Origin: Nanobdellota archaeon
GTDB taxonomy: Archaea > Nanobdellota > Nanobdellia > Woesearchaeales > CG1-02-33-12
Length of the DNA stretch: 41,220 nucleotides
Reading direction: 5' to 3'
NCBI GenBank assembly: GCA_018819345.1
Contig: JAHJQG010000036.1
Location: forward strand, 1 to 41,220
A program made the translations under genes and the position numbers. The notes under the pieces were generated by a model, which was not told where the DNA came from, did no database searches, and saw only the letters and a list, made by a program, of their open reading frames with translations. This document shows positions 8,956 to 18,163 of the stretch, piece by piece; position 1 is the stretch's first letter; each line of letters begins with the position of its first letter.

Positions 8956-9525
8956 CTAACTTTCTTGTTTAAAATAAAATGTATACTCTTCAGATAAATC
9001 AAAGCCAATGTCTATGTTGAATGATGGTTTTATTGAATAGTTTATGTTTCTTTTGTTTATTTTCAGGTTTTCTGTTGCAATTCCTATAAGCCTATTATCT
9101 TTGAACAGCAGGTCATAGTTGTCAGAAGGTATTACCAGTTCTTCACCTTCCTTTAGCTCGGTTTCCTTGTATTTTTTTAAATAATCATTTAAATACAAAT
9201 TGAAATCAGCTGAAAATGCATCATAAACCTGCTTTTTTGTTATTTCACAATCTTCTTTATTACACTTAAGGTTTTCAAAGCTTCCCTGTTTTTCCTTTAT
9301 GTCCTTAATTGTTTTGTTTGCTGAATATTTTGCAGATAAGTCAATATATAATAATGCTTTTTCTGCCTGCTGGTATGTTTTCAATATTTCAAGTTCTAAG
9401 TTCCCGGGATTTTTAGCAACAAATTCTCCTTTTGTCCCATAATTGCTATAGAAAAATAATATTGCTATAAGTATGAATATTGATACAAATGTGAGGAATA
9501 TTGTTGCTTTTTTGTTTTTTATCAT
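8956..9525 (-). CDS. Prepilin-like protein (class III signal peptide)
   Basis: KNKKA/TIFLTFVSIFILIAILFF; AEKALLYIDLSAKYS helix. Confidence 0.7.
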   Translation of the reverse strand: MIKNKKATIFLTFVSIFILIAILFFYSNYGTKGEFVAKNPGNLELEILKTYQQAEKALLYIDLSAKYSANKTIKDIKEKQGSFENLKCNKEDCEITKKQVYDAFSADFNLYLNDYLKKYKETELKEGEELVIPSDNYDLLFKDNRLIGIATENLKINKRNINYSIKPSFNIDIGFDLSEEYTFYFKQES

Positions 9526-9529
9526 ATTA

Positions 9530-10096
9530 TCAGCTCTTAAATTTGAAATATATTTCTATATTAAAGCTAAGATCATTTGATGGTATTGTGGCTTTAACTG
9601 TTTCTCCTGGAATAGGCACTCTTCTTTGCTGTTGAGCTCCCTTAGTAATATAACAAAATTCTTCTTCTCCGGATATAAACATCCCAACACGCCAGTTTGC
9701 AACATCTTTGAGTATTTCATTTGCTTCTTTAGTTAATTGGCCGTCTTTAGTGCATCTAGAGTCTCTAATAGTTGTATCCTCGACGCAGCAGAATCCATTG
9801 GATTTCATGCTTCCTTCAAGTTCTTTCTTGGTTAAAGAACCCAAATATTCTGCAATAGATAGTTTACTTTCTTTCATTGGCGTCCTTAAATAATTCAGCA
9901 AAGTGTGGTCTTTCTCAAGGTTCTGGCTCTTTTCCATTGCTGAACTCTCCATGCTTCTGTTTGTGCTGGTAAAAAATATAAAAACAAAAATAAAAATCAT
10001 TGCTGTGAAAACCACTGCAATCAGTATATCTGTAAGGTCGTCATCAAGCCCTTTCTTGTTTCTTGCAAGTTTTCTGAATAAAATTAAATTTTTCAT
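9530..10096 (-). CDS. Prepilin-like protein
   Basis: RNKKG/LDDDLTDILIAVVFTAMIFIFVFIFF; LLNYLRTP motif. Confidence 0.7.
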   Translation of the reverse strand: MKNLILFRKLARNKKGLDDDLTDILIAVVFTAMIFIFVFIFFTSTNRSMESSAMEKSQNLEKDHTLLNYLRTPMKESKLSIAEYLGSLTKKELEGSMKSNGFCCVEDTTIRDSRCTKDGQLTKEANEILKDVANWRVGMFISGEEEFCYITKGAQQQRRVPIPGETVKATIPSNDLSFNIEIYFKFKS

Positions 10097-10584
10097 TTTT
10101 GTATTGAAATTAAAAGTCTTCCAGTGTAAAGATTCCCTTCATCATAAATCAAAACATGCCGGGATATTTTGTTAAATCTTCTGGCTCCCCAGTTTGGTGT
10201 TGAACAAACTTTGCGGTCAATATTTGCGCTTTCCAATTCAAACCTAAAGGAATATGATTTATCCTTGTTTGTAGAATAACATTTACTTATTTTATCATCA
10301 TCAAACTTTTTTATATCGATAATTCCATGATATGCCCTTCCTGTTTCTCCATCTTCATAAGCAAAGCAATCTGGCGAGTTAAGGAAGCGGTTTATCAAAA
10401 CTGTTGTTTCAACATTAGCTGGAATTGCATTTGTTGAAGTAATATTATATGATATGAAAAAACTAAAGAAAAGGAATGCAAATGCCAGGTAAAACAATAC
10501 TGCCAGGAAATACATTGGTTTCTTTCCTAGCAGGTAACCGCTTGCCCTTTTCGAAAAAAATATTTTTTTATTTTCCATAATCAA
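10093..10584 (-). CDS. Prepilin-like protein
   Basis: SKRA followed by a hydrophobic helix; LINRFLNSPDCFAYED...GIIDIKKF. Confidence 0.65.
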   Translation of the reverse strand: MIMENKKIFFSKRASGYLLGKKPMYFLAVLFYLAFAFLFFSFFISYNITSTNAIPANVETTVLINRFLNSPDCFAYEDGETGRAYHGIIDIKKFDDDKISKCYSTNKDKSYSFRFELESANIDRKVCSTPNWGARRFNKISRHVLIYDEGNLYTGRLLISIQK

Positions 10585-11629
10585 TTAAACCTTTTGCAAT
10601 TGAATTGCCAAGTTCTGGTATTTTTTCCAGTAACAATTTTCCCTGTTCACTTTCAGCATTGCCAATTTCCAGCAAAACAAATATTTTGTCAAAATCAGCA
10701 GTTTTAAAATCCTCAACTTTTTCTCCATTTTTTAAAAAAATATCTTTTGGAAAGTTTTCATTGGTTGTTTCCAAATCAACCGGAACAATAGATGTTCCAT
10801 CAATATTAACATCATTCAGTCTTTTATTACCAAGAATTGAGTTTATTATGAAGCAGGCCAAGATTTTGCTTTCCTTTTCTTTCTTTGAGCCAGAAATAAT
10901 GAATGCTTTTATGCTGTTTTTTTTATTGTCATATTTCCCAGCTCTAAGGCTTATTATGGCATTTGCATCAATAGAAGCATCACTCTTTGATATATGGTCA
11001 CAATATAATGATCTGGTTTCTCCCTCATCAAATTTTATTGTAGATAAAATATTTGAAGAATCAAATCCTTCTGTTATCATATTGCTGATTAAGCTATTTC
11101 CTATATTGCAGATTTTCTTGGATTCCCCTATATAGTCTTCTCCATAACCTGGATCAATTAGTATTTTTTTATCTTTTAGTTTTTCTTTTTTTTCGTTTAG
11201 TTTGTCACAACTTAAAATATTGAGATTTGTACGAGCAGAATCACTAATGAATATTTCATCGCCTGCTTTCGCAAGGAATATATTTTTGGGTTTTTCTAGT
11301 GTAATTCCATTTACTTCAATATTTTCAGAAGGAACAAACTTCCTGGTTATTTCGCTATTTTGTTTTAGATCATCATATATGCTCACAGAATTCCCAGTTA
11401 AATCAACAGAATAATCTGTTAAGTTGCCTGTGTAATTCACTATTATATTGCCCGGGCTTGCAAAAATAGAATCAATTGATAATGCAATATCCTTTGCAAG
11501 ATATTCCTTGTATGGCCTTTCCGTACTTGTCCATTGCATTGCATTGCTGATTAGCAAGACAGCGACAAGTGCTGCACCGACTATCTCGCCGACAAGAAAC
11601 AGTGAGCGTGAAATACCTCTTTTATTCAT
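10568..11629 (-). CDS. Prepilin-like protein fused to a degenerate N-acetylmuramoyl-L-alanine amidase (Amidase_3)-like domain
   Basis: MNKRG/ISRSLFLVGEIVGAALVAVLL; YLAKDIALSIDSIFASPG; C-terminal KILIDPGYG...AIISLRAG...VLLEIGN...LGNSIAKGL. Confidence 0.65.
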   Translation of the reverse strand: MNKRGISRSLFLVGEIVGAALVAVLLISNAMQWTSTERPYKEYLAKDIALSIDSIFASPGNIIVNYTGNLTDYSVDLTGNSVSIYDDLKQNSEITRKFVPSENIEVNGITLEKPKNIFLAKAGDEIFISDSARTNLNILSCDKLNEKKEKLKDKKILIDPGYGEDYIGESKKICNIGNSLISNMITEGFDSSNILSTIKFDEGETRSLYCDHISKSDASIDANAIISLRAGKYDNKKNSIKAFIISGSKKEKESKILACFIINSILGNKRLNDVNIDGTSIVPVDLETTNENFPKDIFLKNGEKVEDFKTADFDKIFVLLEIGNAESEQGKLLLEKIPELGNSIAKGLIDYGK

Positions 11630-11689
11630 ACATAACCTTAGAAGTTCATAGTTTAAATTCTTTTTGGTGAATTGCCTTTAATGAGCATA

Positions 11690-12889
11690 TCATTCAGCTT
11701 CTTCAAGATATTTGCATCCAGTAATGTTTATCTCAGGATGTCCAGTTGTTGTTCCTTGTTTTCCTGATTTAAGGTTGTACTTAAAAGTAATTGTGTCTGG
11801 AGATTCTGCATATAATCCAATATGCCCTCTCTCTGATGATCTCAAAAGACAGGTATTTTCATCAGTACCCTTAACAAAAGTTATTTGAATGTCTTCTTTG
11901 TTATTTTTATAATAAAAAGTATAAGCCTCAGGCATAATTTTATATTTCTCACGATGTTCTAAAGTTAGTTCTTCTTCGTCTTTACTAGGAAGGAAATAAG
12001 AATAAGATAAATGCGGTTTATATATGCAGAAATCAGTGTCTGCTTCTACACTACTTAATTCCAGAATTCCATGTTTTAAAGTTATAATTAGTTTATTATT
12101 ATCTGATTTGCTGAACTTAACACTGTATCCTTCAGGTATGTTTTGTGTGAAATCAAATGCACCACAACTGCAGGGCTCTCCTGAAAACTCTTTGTTTTTG
12201 CATGATTCAATAAACTTTGCAAGTTCATTAAGTCCTTCTATTGCTTCACTTTGTTCTTTGTATTCTTCGCTTACACATGAGCCATCAACTGTATTTTCAC
12301 ACACAGCAACAAACTCTTCGTCAGCATTCTTGTATTTCTCAACACAAACCTCCCTAAACTGAGAGGGAGATAAAGGATCTGTAATCTGCAGTACTTTTAA
12401 GTGTCTTGATATAACAAAACTTTCTGTAAAACTAACATCATCAAAACTCTCACAGAAAACAGAATCCTCTTTGCATGTTATTATTCCATCATCTAAATCT
12501 TTATCTTCCAAATCCCTGCATAAGCATATGCATGATTTATCCTTTTCGCATCCTTCAAAATCCAGTTTGATTAACTTCTTATCCTCTTTAAGAGGCATTT
12601 CTCTACCTGGTACTAGGATTGTGCGTAAAAAAGACTCTTCTTCTTTTGCAAAGCCAACTATGAATGTTTCTTTGTCCATGCGGAGAGCTGTTGTCTTTAG
12701 TGTACCTGCTGGTGAATTCCTATTGACATCTTTTATTAAGCTAACAAGTTTGTAGAATGACTGCCTGCTGTCATCGCTAAGTCTAAAAAGGCCACCCACA
12801 ATATTTAATACAGCAATCAGGATTAGTATAGAAAGGACAATTCCAATAGCAAACTCAAGTGTTATCCTTGCTTTTTTGTTTTTTTTCAT
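11690..12889 (-). CDS. Large Cys-rich prepilin-like protein (candidate adhesin)
   Basis: KNKKA/RITLEFAIGIVLSILILIAVL; CICLC and other Cys clusters. Confidence 0.7.
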   Translation of the reverse strand: MKKNKKARITLEFAIGIVLSILILIAVLNIVGGLFRLSDDSRQSFYKLVSLIKDVNRNSPAGTLKTTALRMDKETFIVGFAKEEESFLRTILVPGREMPLKEDKKLIKLDFEGCEKDKSCICLCRDLEDKDLDDGIITCKEDSVFCESFDDVSFTESFVISRHLKVLQITDPLSPSQFREVCVEKYKNADEEFVAVCENTVDGSCVSEEYKEQSEAIEGLNELAKFIESCKNKEFSGEPCSCGAFDFTQNIPEGYSVKFSKSDNNKLIITLKHGILELSSVEADTDFCIYKPHLSYSYFLPSKDEEELTLEHREKYKIMPEAYTFYYKNNKEDIQITFVKGTDENTCLLRSSERGHIGLYAESPDTITFKYNLKSGKQGTTTGHPEINITGCKYLEEAE

Positions 12890-12901
12890 CTTTTAATTAT
12901 T

Positions 12902-13207
12902 TCAGGAGAGGCATGCTCTTGATGTAAGTCTTTCCCTGTTTTCGTCAGTTATCTTTTCCGGGCACCCTTCATATTCAATTTTGGCGTCATCTCTAATGCA
13001 AGGGCATTTGTCCACTATGTCTTTTATGCCATCTCCATCATAGTCTCCTGATGTTGTTTGTATTAAATCTCCTGCATCGCCAACACTATCTCCTATGAGT
13101 CCTGTAAAAACCATTATTGAGACAGTAAGAACAACAAGTGTCATTGCTGCAATCACAATCACATTCAAGCTTAATTCAGCACCTTTTTTATTTTTCATTT
13201 TATTCAC
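12902..13207 (-). CDS. Small prepilin with thrombospondin type 3-like Ca-binding motif
   Basis: KNKKG/AELSLNVIVIAAMTLVVL; DYDGDGIKDIVDKCP. Confidence 0.75.
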   Translation of the reverse strand: MNKMKNKKGAELSLNVIVIAAMTLVVLTVSIMVFTGLIGDSVGDAGDLIQTTSGDYDGDGIKDIVDKCPCIRDDAKIEYEGCPEKITDENRERLTSRACLS

Positions 13208-13850
13208 CTACAAAGCACACATCATCTTCGATTTTTGTTAAACCTTTTAGTTTGTATTTTGTAGTTTCTCCGTTAACTTTAACTTTAAAGTGATCTTTAT
13301 CCACGAAGAGTATTTTATCTACAAAGCTTTTTTCTGAAAATCCTGATTTTTTCCACCACCACATTCCTGTTTCTATTACAGTAACAAAACAAGGAGTATA
13401 TTGTATAGTTTCATAGTTAGGATCTATCTGGTCTGTTACAGCTATGTATGCTATATCAGAGTTTTTATTATCTTTTTTTATTATTGCAAGCATATTCCCT
13501 TCAAATTTTTCAAATTCTGTTTCTTCCATCTTTTTTTCCATTTTATCAGTAAGGTCGAATGTAATCGGACCTATACTTAATTCAACTATTCTATTAGATG
13601 GTTCATAATCCTCAGCTGATAACTCTGATATTTTATTTTTAATAATCTCTACATTCTTCTTCATATTTTCAGTAATCTCAAGGTTTGACTGCTGTTTTTC
13701 CTTTCCAAGGCCAAAGGTTGGAAACTCAATATGGGTTGTCTCTGAAAAAGATTTCAGTGCATCAGGAAATAGCGTGTTGACTATGCCAAATACAACAAAT
13801 ATCACAATCAGTCCCATTGTCAGTTTTATTATTGTGCTGAATCCAAGCAT
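13200..13850 (-). CDS. N-terminally anchored exported protein in pilin operon
   Basis: Hydrophobic N-terminus without an obvious basic leader; coupled to neighbours. Confidence 0.65.
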   Translation of the reverse strand: MLGFSTIIKLTMGLIVIFVVFGIVNTLFPDALKSFSETTHIEFPTFGLGKEKQQSNLEITENMKKNVEIIKNKISELSAEDYEPSNRIVELSIGPITFDLTDKMEKKMEETEFEKFEGNMLAIIKKDNKNSDIAYIAVTDQIDPNYETIQYTPCFVTVIETGMWWWKKSGFSEKSFVDKILFVDKDHFKVKVNGETTKYKLKGLTKIEDDVCFVGE

Positions 13851-13851
13851 T

Positions 13852-14013
13852 TTAACTCATCCTCAAAAATTTAAACAAGTTCTGCAAGTCAGTAACCATT
13901 TTTTCTTTTAGTGAGGTGTTTATAACAAGCAGAATAATTAACACGCCTATGATTATCACCCAAAGTACAACCTCTCTCCACATTACTCCTTTTTTGTTTT
14001 TTTTTATTTTCAT
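13852..14013 (-). CDS. 53-aa micro-prepilin (not in ORF track)
   Basis: Hand translation MKIKKNKKG/VMWREVVLWVIIIGVLIILLVINTSLKEKMVTDLQNLFKFLRMS*; exactly fills the gap between 13850 and 14015. Confidence 0.8.
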   Translation of the reverse strand: MKIKKNKKGVMWREVVLWVIIIGVLIILLVINTSLKEKMVTDLQNLFKFLRMS

Positions 14014-14014
14014 T

Positions 14015-14821
14015 TTATATGCTTTCCAGAACTTTACATTTATCTAATTCCTCTTGCTTTCCTAATTCCTCAATATATATCTTACTCATTGTCATTCCTG
14101 TTGTTTTCCCCTCTTTCTCTATTCCTGATTTCCAGAATTGCATATGACTAAAAATACCTGTTGTAATTTTCGTCCACCAGGTTATGTCTGGGCTCATAAA
14201 ATTAATTGTATAAATATCATATCCTCCACCAGTGATTTTCAATTTATCTTCTTCTTTATCTCCATCCCTCATCATTATAACACCATTACCTTTATATGAC
14301 TGTATGTAATCAAGATATGTAATACCTCCTTTTTCTTCATCTCCAATGTAATAGTGATCATTCATGTAGATTATTATATCATCTGGTGTTATTGGTTTTT
14401 CAAGTTTGCTTTTAACTGTGAATATGTAGCAGGTAAAGCACTTTTTATTGCTCAAGAAGTCAAATTCATCAAACAGGTTTTCATACTCCCCATTAAGGAA
14501 CATCCACCAGCATCTTGCACTCATGTATGATATCTGCTCCATGACAGCATTCCTGTCTCCAGTAAGCTCGATGTTTTCCCGGGTTTTGCATACAACTGGG
14601 AATAATGGTGTTGATTCTAATGTTGCACCATGCCATTTAATTTTAAAAACAGCCTTTGCCCTAGAAAGTATGCTTGCCCTGCATACTTCTTCATTTACTT
14701 CATCTTTTGCATGGCCCATAAATATGTTAATAATAAAAACAATTATTATAAACCCAACTATTGCAAGGATAAAGAAAACTAAATAGTCTCTTGCAATTCC
14801 TTTACGGCTTTGGCAAAACAT
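14015..14821 (-). CDS. Prepilin-like protein
   Basis: SRKG/IARDYLVFFILAIVGFIIIVFII; CRASI, PVVCKT, MSARCWWMFLNGE, CFTCYIF motifs. Confidence 0.75.
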   Translation of the reverse strand: MFCQSRKGIARDYLVFFILAIVGFIIIVFIINIFMGHAKDEVNEEVCRASILSRAKAVFKIKWHGATLESTPLFPVVCKTRENIELTGDRNAVMEQISYMSARCWWMFLNGEYENLFDEFDFLSNKKCFTCYIFTVKSKLEKPITPDDIIIYMNDHYYIGDEEKGGITYLDYIQSYKGNGVIMMRDGDKEEDKLKITGGGYDIYTINFMSPDITWWTKITTGIFSHMQFWKSGIEKEGKTTGMTMSKIYIEELGKQEELDKCKVLESI

Positions 14822-14933
14822 TTCCTGCCCTCCCTATCAAAAAAAAGAATACTATCAGAAAAACAATTACAATCAAGATTATAATCAATTGTTCTGGACT
14901 TATGTTAACGCCTCTTTTTTTTAGTTTATGCAT
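14802..14933 (-). CDS. 43-aa micro-prepilin, first gene of the minus-strand pilin operon (not in ORF track)
   Basis: Hand translation MHKLKKRG/VNISPEQLIIILIVIVFLIVFFFLIGRAGNVLPKP*; BRE/TATA about 23 nt upstream. Confidence 0.75.
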   Translation of the reverse strand: MHKLKKRGVNISPEQLIIILIVIVFLIVFFFLIGRAGNVLPKP

Positions 14934-14955
14934 GAGTAAAGCCCTTGTTTTTATG

Positions 14956-14969
14956 TATATAAGCTTTTC
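14956..14969 (-). promoter_or_regulatory. Archaeal BRE/TATA promoter for the minus-strand pilin operon
   Basis: GAAAAGCTTATATA on the minus strand about 23 nt from the ATG at 14933 (leaderless spacing). Confidence 0.6.
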
Positions 14970-14980
14970 GGTGGTAAAAG

Positions 14981-15850
14981 TTATTTGAAAACAATACTTG
15001 CATAGCCAACAGCATTATTATAATCACCAATGATGTCAGCAGAGGTATAGTATTGCATAAGATTTACTTTCTTGGCCTTGCCCTTCATTAGCTCTATCAA
15101 TATAGCTATTGGAACAGCACCGCAGATAGTTGCTTCCTTGGCCTTAACATAATCTAAAAAACCCTCTGAATCAAGGTTTTTTATAAATTCTATTGCATTA
15201 TTGTCAAGGTTTTGCATATTCTCCTTTACATTTGTTGAAAAAGGAACATAGCCATAGCTAAAGCCATAATGCGTAAAATCAGAGCTTGCAATTATGCAAA
15301 CTTTTTTTCCAGATTCTTCTATGGTCTTTTTAATTCCTGAGGCAAGCTCCTTGATGTTATGGTCAAATCCAATTGTTATAGGAATAAACCTTAAATCCTT
15401 CAGATAATCCTTGCTTACAAACTGCAGGAATGGAAGCTGGACTTCAATAGAGTGCTCATGAAGATGTGCTGTTGCATCCTCAACAATGCAGGAATTACTA
15501 ATTAGTTTTTTTCCAAATTCTTTATCTGCTTTAATAACTCCAAAAGGTGTTTCCCAGTCATCCAAAATAGTTGATGTTCTGCCCATTCCAGAATGGTTTG
15601 GGCCAATAATAACAAACAAATCAGGAAACTCTGATTCTGCAATCTCCTTATAAGACCATGCAGCGCATGGACCTGAAAAAAGATAGCCCGCATGAGGCAT
15701 AACAGCTCCCAAAACACAACCATTTCTTTTGTTTATCGGCAGTGCACCAGGCCCTTTTTCTGATTCAAAACATTCTATTATCTGCTTGTTTAAACTGTCA
15801 AAATCCCCTTCATAGAATTGGCCTGCAACAATAGGCTTTCTTATTCCCAT
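14981..15850 (-). CDS. amrB: MEMO1 family protein (AmmeMemoRadiSam system protein B)
   Basis: RKPIVAGQFY, PHAGYLFSG, GPNH, EHSIEVQLPFLQ, SSDFTHYG, TICG. Confidence 0.93.
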   Translation of the reverse strand: MGIRKPIVAGQFYEGDFDSLNKQIIECFESEKGPGALPINKRNGCVLGAVMPHAGYLFSGPCAAWSYKEIAESEFPDLFVIIGPNHSGMGRTSTILDDWETPFGVIKADKEFGKKLISNSCIVEDATAHLHEHSIEVQLPFLQFVSKDYLKDLRFIPITIGFDHNIKELASGIKKTIEESGKKVCIIASSDFTHYGFSYGYVPFSTNVKENMQNLDNNAIEFIKNLDSEGFLDYVKAKEATICGAVPIAILIELMKGKAKKVNLMQYYTSADIIGDYNNAVGYASIVFK

Positions 15851-15905
15851 AACTAGCTATAATACCTTATGCTATAAAAGATTTGCTTTTTTAACAGCAG
15901 AAAAA

Positions 15906-16733
15906 TTATTTAATATTTGCTACTAAAGTTCCTTCCATTGTATGAGAAAAATGATGACATTCTGAATTATCAACCATTGTATCAGCACAATAAACAATTA
16001 TTATATTGCCTTTTGTCTTGATATCAGATGGTTCTATTGGTTCTACTGGACAGATTAATTTAACAGTTCCCTTTTCCCCATGTGCAAGATGCCAGCCATC
16101 TAAATCCTTATATTGTTTAGGGCCTCCAGGAGAATCAGTTTTAAGGTCAATGTAACAGTCATAGTTACTGTTTATATCTCTAGTTATGTTTATACTCCTA
16201 ATCATTATACCAGAGCCCATTCCATTTTCTAGTGTCAAGCTTATCGAACCTGGATTACCTGATATAATAGAAAATTCATTGCAATCCAAACCCATTGGGA
16301 GCGTACATTTTTCTGGTAAAATCTCACTAGGATGAAAATAAGTACCAAAGAAAGCAACAAAAAGAATAACTATAAGCAAGGGAATTATCATAAAAAGGCT
16401 ACTTATAATTACTCCAGCAATTGCCAATCCTCTTCCTTTAAGTGAGGGGTCTTTCTTTATTTTAGACAATGCAATTATTCCTAATATTAATCCAACTATG
16501 GGAAAAAGAAATGCAAATATTAATGAGAGTATGGGCAATATGCTTGTATCACTAGATTTTTCCCTAGGAAGAGGCATTTTGTTATCTTCAGGATGGTCTT
16601 TTACTGCCCTTATTGCTTCTTCTACTTCTTGCTCTGGCCAACCTGCATCCAGCAATGACTTTTTAATGTGCTCTATAGAAATATTTCCTGAAAGGTTTTC
16701 TTTTATGTAATCAATAAGCTGTTGATTTGCCAT
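15906..16733 (-). CDS. DUF4190-like two-TM protein carrying a pilin-like globular domain
   Basis: N-terminal LIDYIK...IKKSLLDAGW; SLIFAFLFPIVGLILGIIALSKIKK...GRGLAIAGVII; C-terminal LPEKCTLPMGLDCNEF resembles the adjacent pilin. Confidence 0.7.
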   Translation of the reverse strand: MANQQLIDYIKENLSGNISIEHIKKSLLDAGWPEQEVEEAIRAVKDHPEDNKMPLPREKSSDTSILPILSLIFAFLFPIVGLILGIIALSKIKKDPSLKGRGLAIAGVIISSLFMIIPLLIVILFVAFFGTYFHPSEILPEKCTLPMGLDCNEFSIISGNPGSISLTLENGMGSGIMIRSINITRDINSNYDCYIDLKTDSPGGPKQYKDLDGWHLAHGEKGTVKLICPVEPIEPSDIKTKGNIIIVYCADTMVDNSECHHFSHTMEGTLVANIK

Positions 16734-16763
16734 CTTAAATAATTATAAATAAAAATAAAAAAT

Positions 16764-17201
16764 TTACTCAACCTGTGTTGAGATTGAGCCTGCCTTGGTG
16801 TGGGGTAATAAACTTTCTCCGGTGTAGGTCATTATAATATCTTCCTTAAATTTGGAACTTGTGATATCACTACCACAACTAATAACTATTGTCTCTTGTT
16901 CTCCATCAACAAGTCCATCTGTAGCTGATGCTCCACCAACACAATCTCCTGCTATTGAAACACTAAATGGATTTAAATCTTCTCCTATTCCATTCCTGAT
17001 AACCAATGTAACTGTATTTGCAGTTCCATCAACCTTGAAGTCAGTACAACTCAAACCTGTTCCTAATGTACAGCTTGATGGAAGGTATTTTCCTGGGTTC
17101 AATACTCCAAAATATGCCAGAGCTGCTATTGCAAGCAAGACAACAAGAATTGCCCAGCCATAGGTCATTAGAAATTCCATTGCAGCTTGTGCTTTTTTCA
17201 T
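16764..17201 (-). CDS. Probable major type IV pilin
   Basis: MKKA/QAAMEFLMTYGWAILVVLLAIAALAYFGV; SD GAGGTGG upstream; standalone promoter region. Confidence 0.88.
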   Translation of the reverse strand: MKKAQAAMEFLMTYGWAILVVLLAIAALAYFGVLNPGKYLPSSCTLGTGLSCTDFKVDGTANTVTLVIRNGIGEDLNPFSVSIAGDCVGGASATDGLVDGEQETIVISCGSDITSSKFKEDIIMTYTGESLLPHTKAGSISTQVE

Positions 17202-17378
17202 TTTACCACCTCTATTCCTGGATTTTATAGTATATTACTATACTTTTTTATATATTAATACTAACTAATATATAAAACTAACTATTTTTGAGCTAGATTT
17301 TTGGCACATCAATAAAGGTTTAGTAGCATTATTGAATAGTTACATAAATTTAAATATGTGCATATAAACAAATGTTTT

Positions 17379-17789
17379 ATGAGAGAAAAGAATGCTCAGA
17401 TAAGCATGGAATATGTAATTATAATTGGATTTGTTCTGCTTATTACAATCCCCTTAATCATGATTTTCTATGAACACACAAGCAACACCAGCTATCAGGT
17501 AATAACAAGCCAGGTAGATAAGATTGCAAAAAAGATTGTTGATAGTGCAGAATCAGTTTATTACCTAGGTGAGCCATCAAAAACCAGGATAAAGGTTTAC
17601 ATGCCAGAGAATATTGAGCAGGTTATAATATACAACAAAGAAATAGTTTTTAAGGTAAAAACAAGCAGCGGCCTCACAGACATAAGCCAGATAAGCTCTG
17701 TTAATATTAGTGGAGATATTGCAATAACCCCTGGAATCCGCTACATAAACATAGAATCAAAGGGGGATTATGTATGGGTAAGCACATAA
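17379..17789 (+). CDS. Minor pilin (class III signal peptide)
   Basis: EKNA/QISMEYVIIIG; start re-assigned from GTG 17358 to ATG 17379 given TATA-like TTTAAATA at 17349. Confidence 0.82.
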   Translation: MREKNAQISMEYVIIIGFVLLITIPLIMIFYEHTSNTSYQVITSQVDKIAKKIVDSAESVYYLGEPSKTRIKVYMPENIEQVIIYNKEIVFKVKTSSGLTDISQISSVNISGDIAITPGIRYINIESKGDYVWVST

Positions 17790-18163
17790 GGGCACAAATA
17801 GCAATTGAGTTTATATTTCTTGTATGTGTTGCATTTGTAATGCTCTTAATTTTTTTAAAGGTAGTGGGAGACCAGGCAGACGAGCTGAATGAAAAAAAGG
17901 AGTTTATTCTTGTAAAAGACCTTGCCTATAAAATACAGTATGAAATCAACATGGCAACGCAGGTAAAGTCAGGCTATAACAGAACTTTTTTTATACCAGA
18001 AAAGCTTGATAACAAGGATTACACAATAACCAAAACAGAAAATAAAATTACTGTTGGTTTAAAAAACTCAGAGTTCACAATAACTATCCCGGAGATTAAT
18101 GGCAATATAAACAAGAGCAATAACACAATAATAAATATAGGGGGTGTTATTTATCTTAACTAA
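17774..18163 (+). CDS. Minor pilin
   Basis: IRA/QIAIEFIFLV. Confidence 0.82.
   Translation: MGKHIRAQIAIEFIFLVCVAFVMLLIFLKVVGDQADELNEKKEFILVKDLAYKIQYEINMATQVKSGYNRTFFIPEKLDNKDYTITKTENKITVGLKNSEFTITIPEINGNINKSNNTIINIGGVIYLN

Noticed and set aside
14791-14988. Track ORF of 65 aa on the plus strand
   Set aside because: Antisense to the 43-aa micro-prepilin, which has a promoter and fits the operon.
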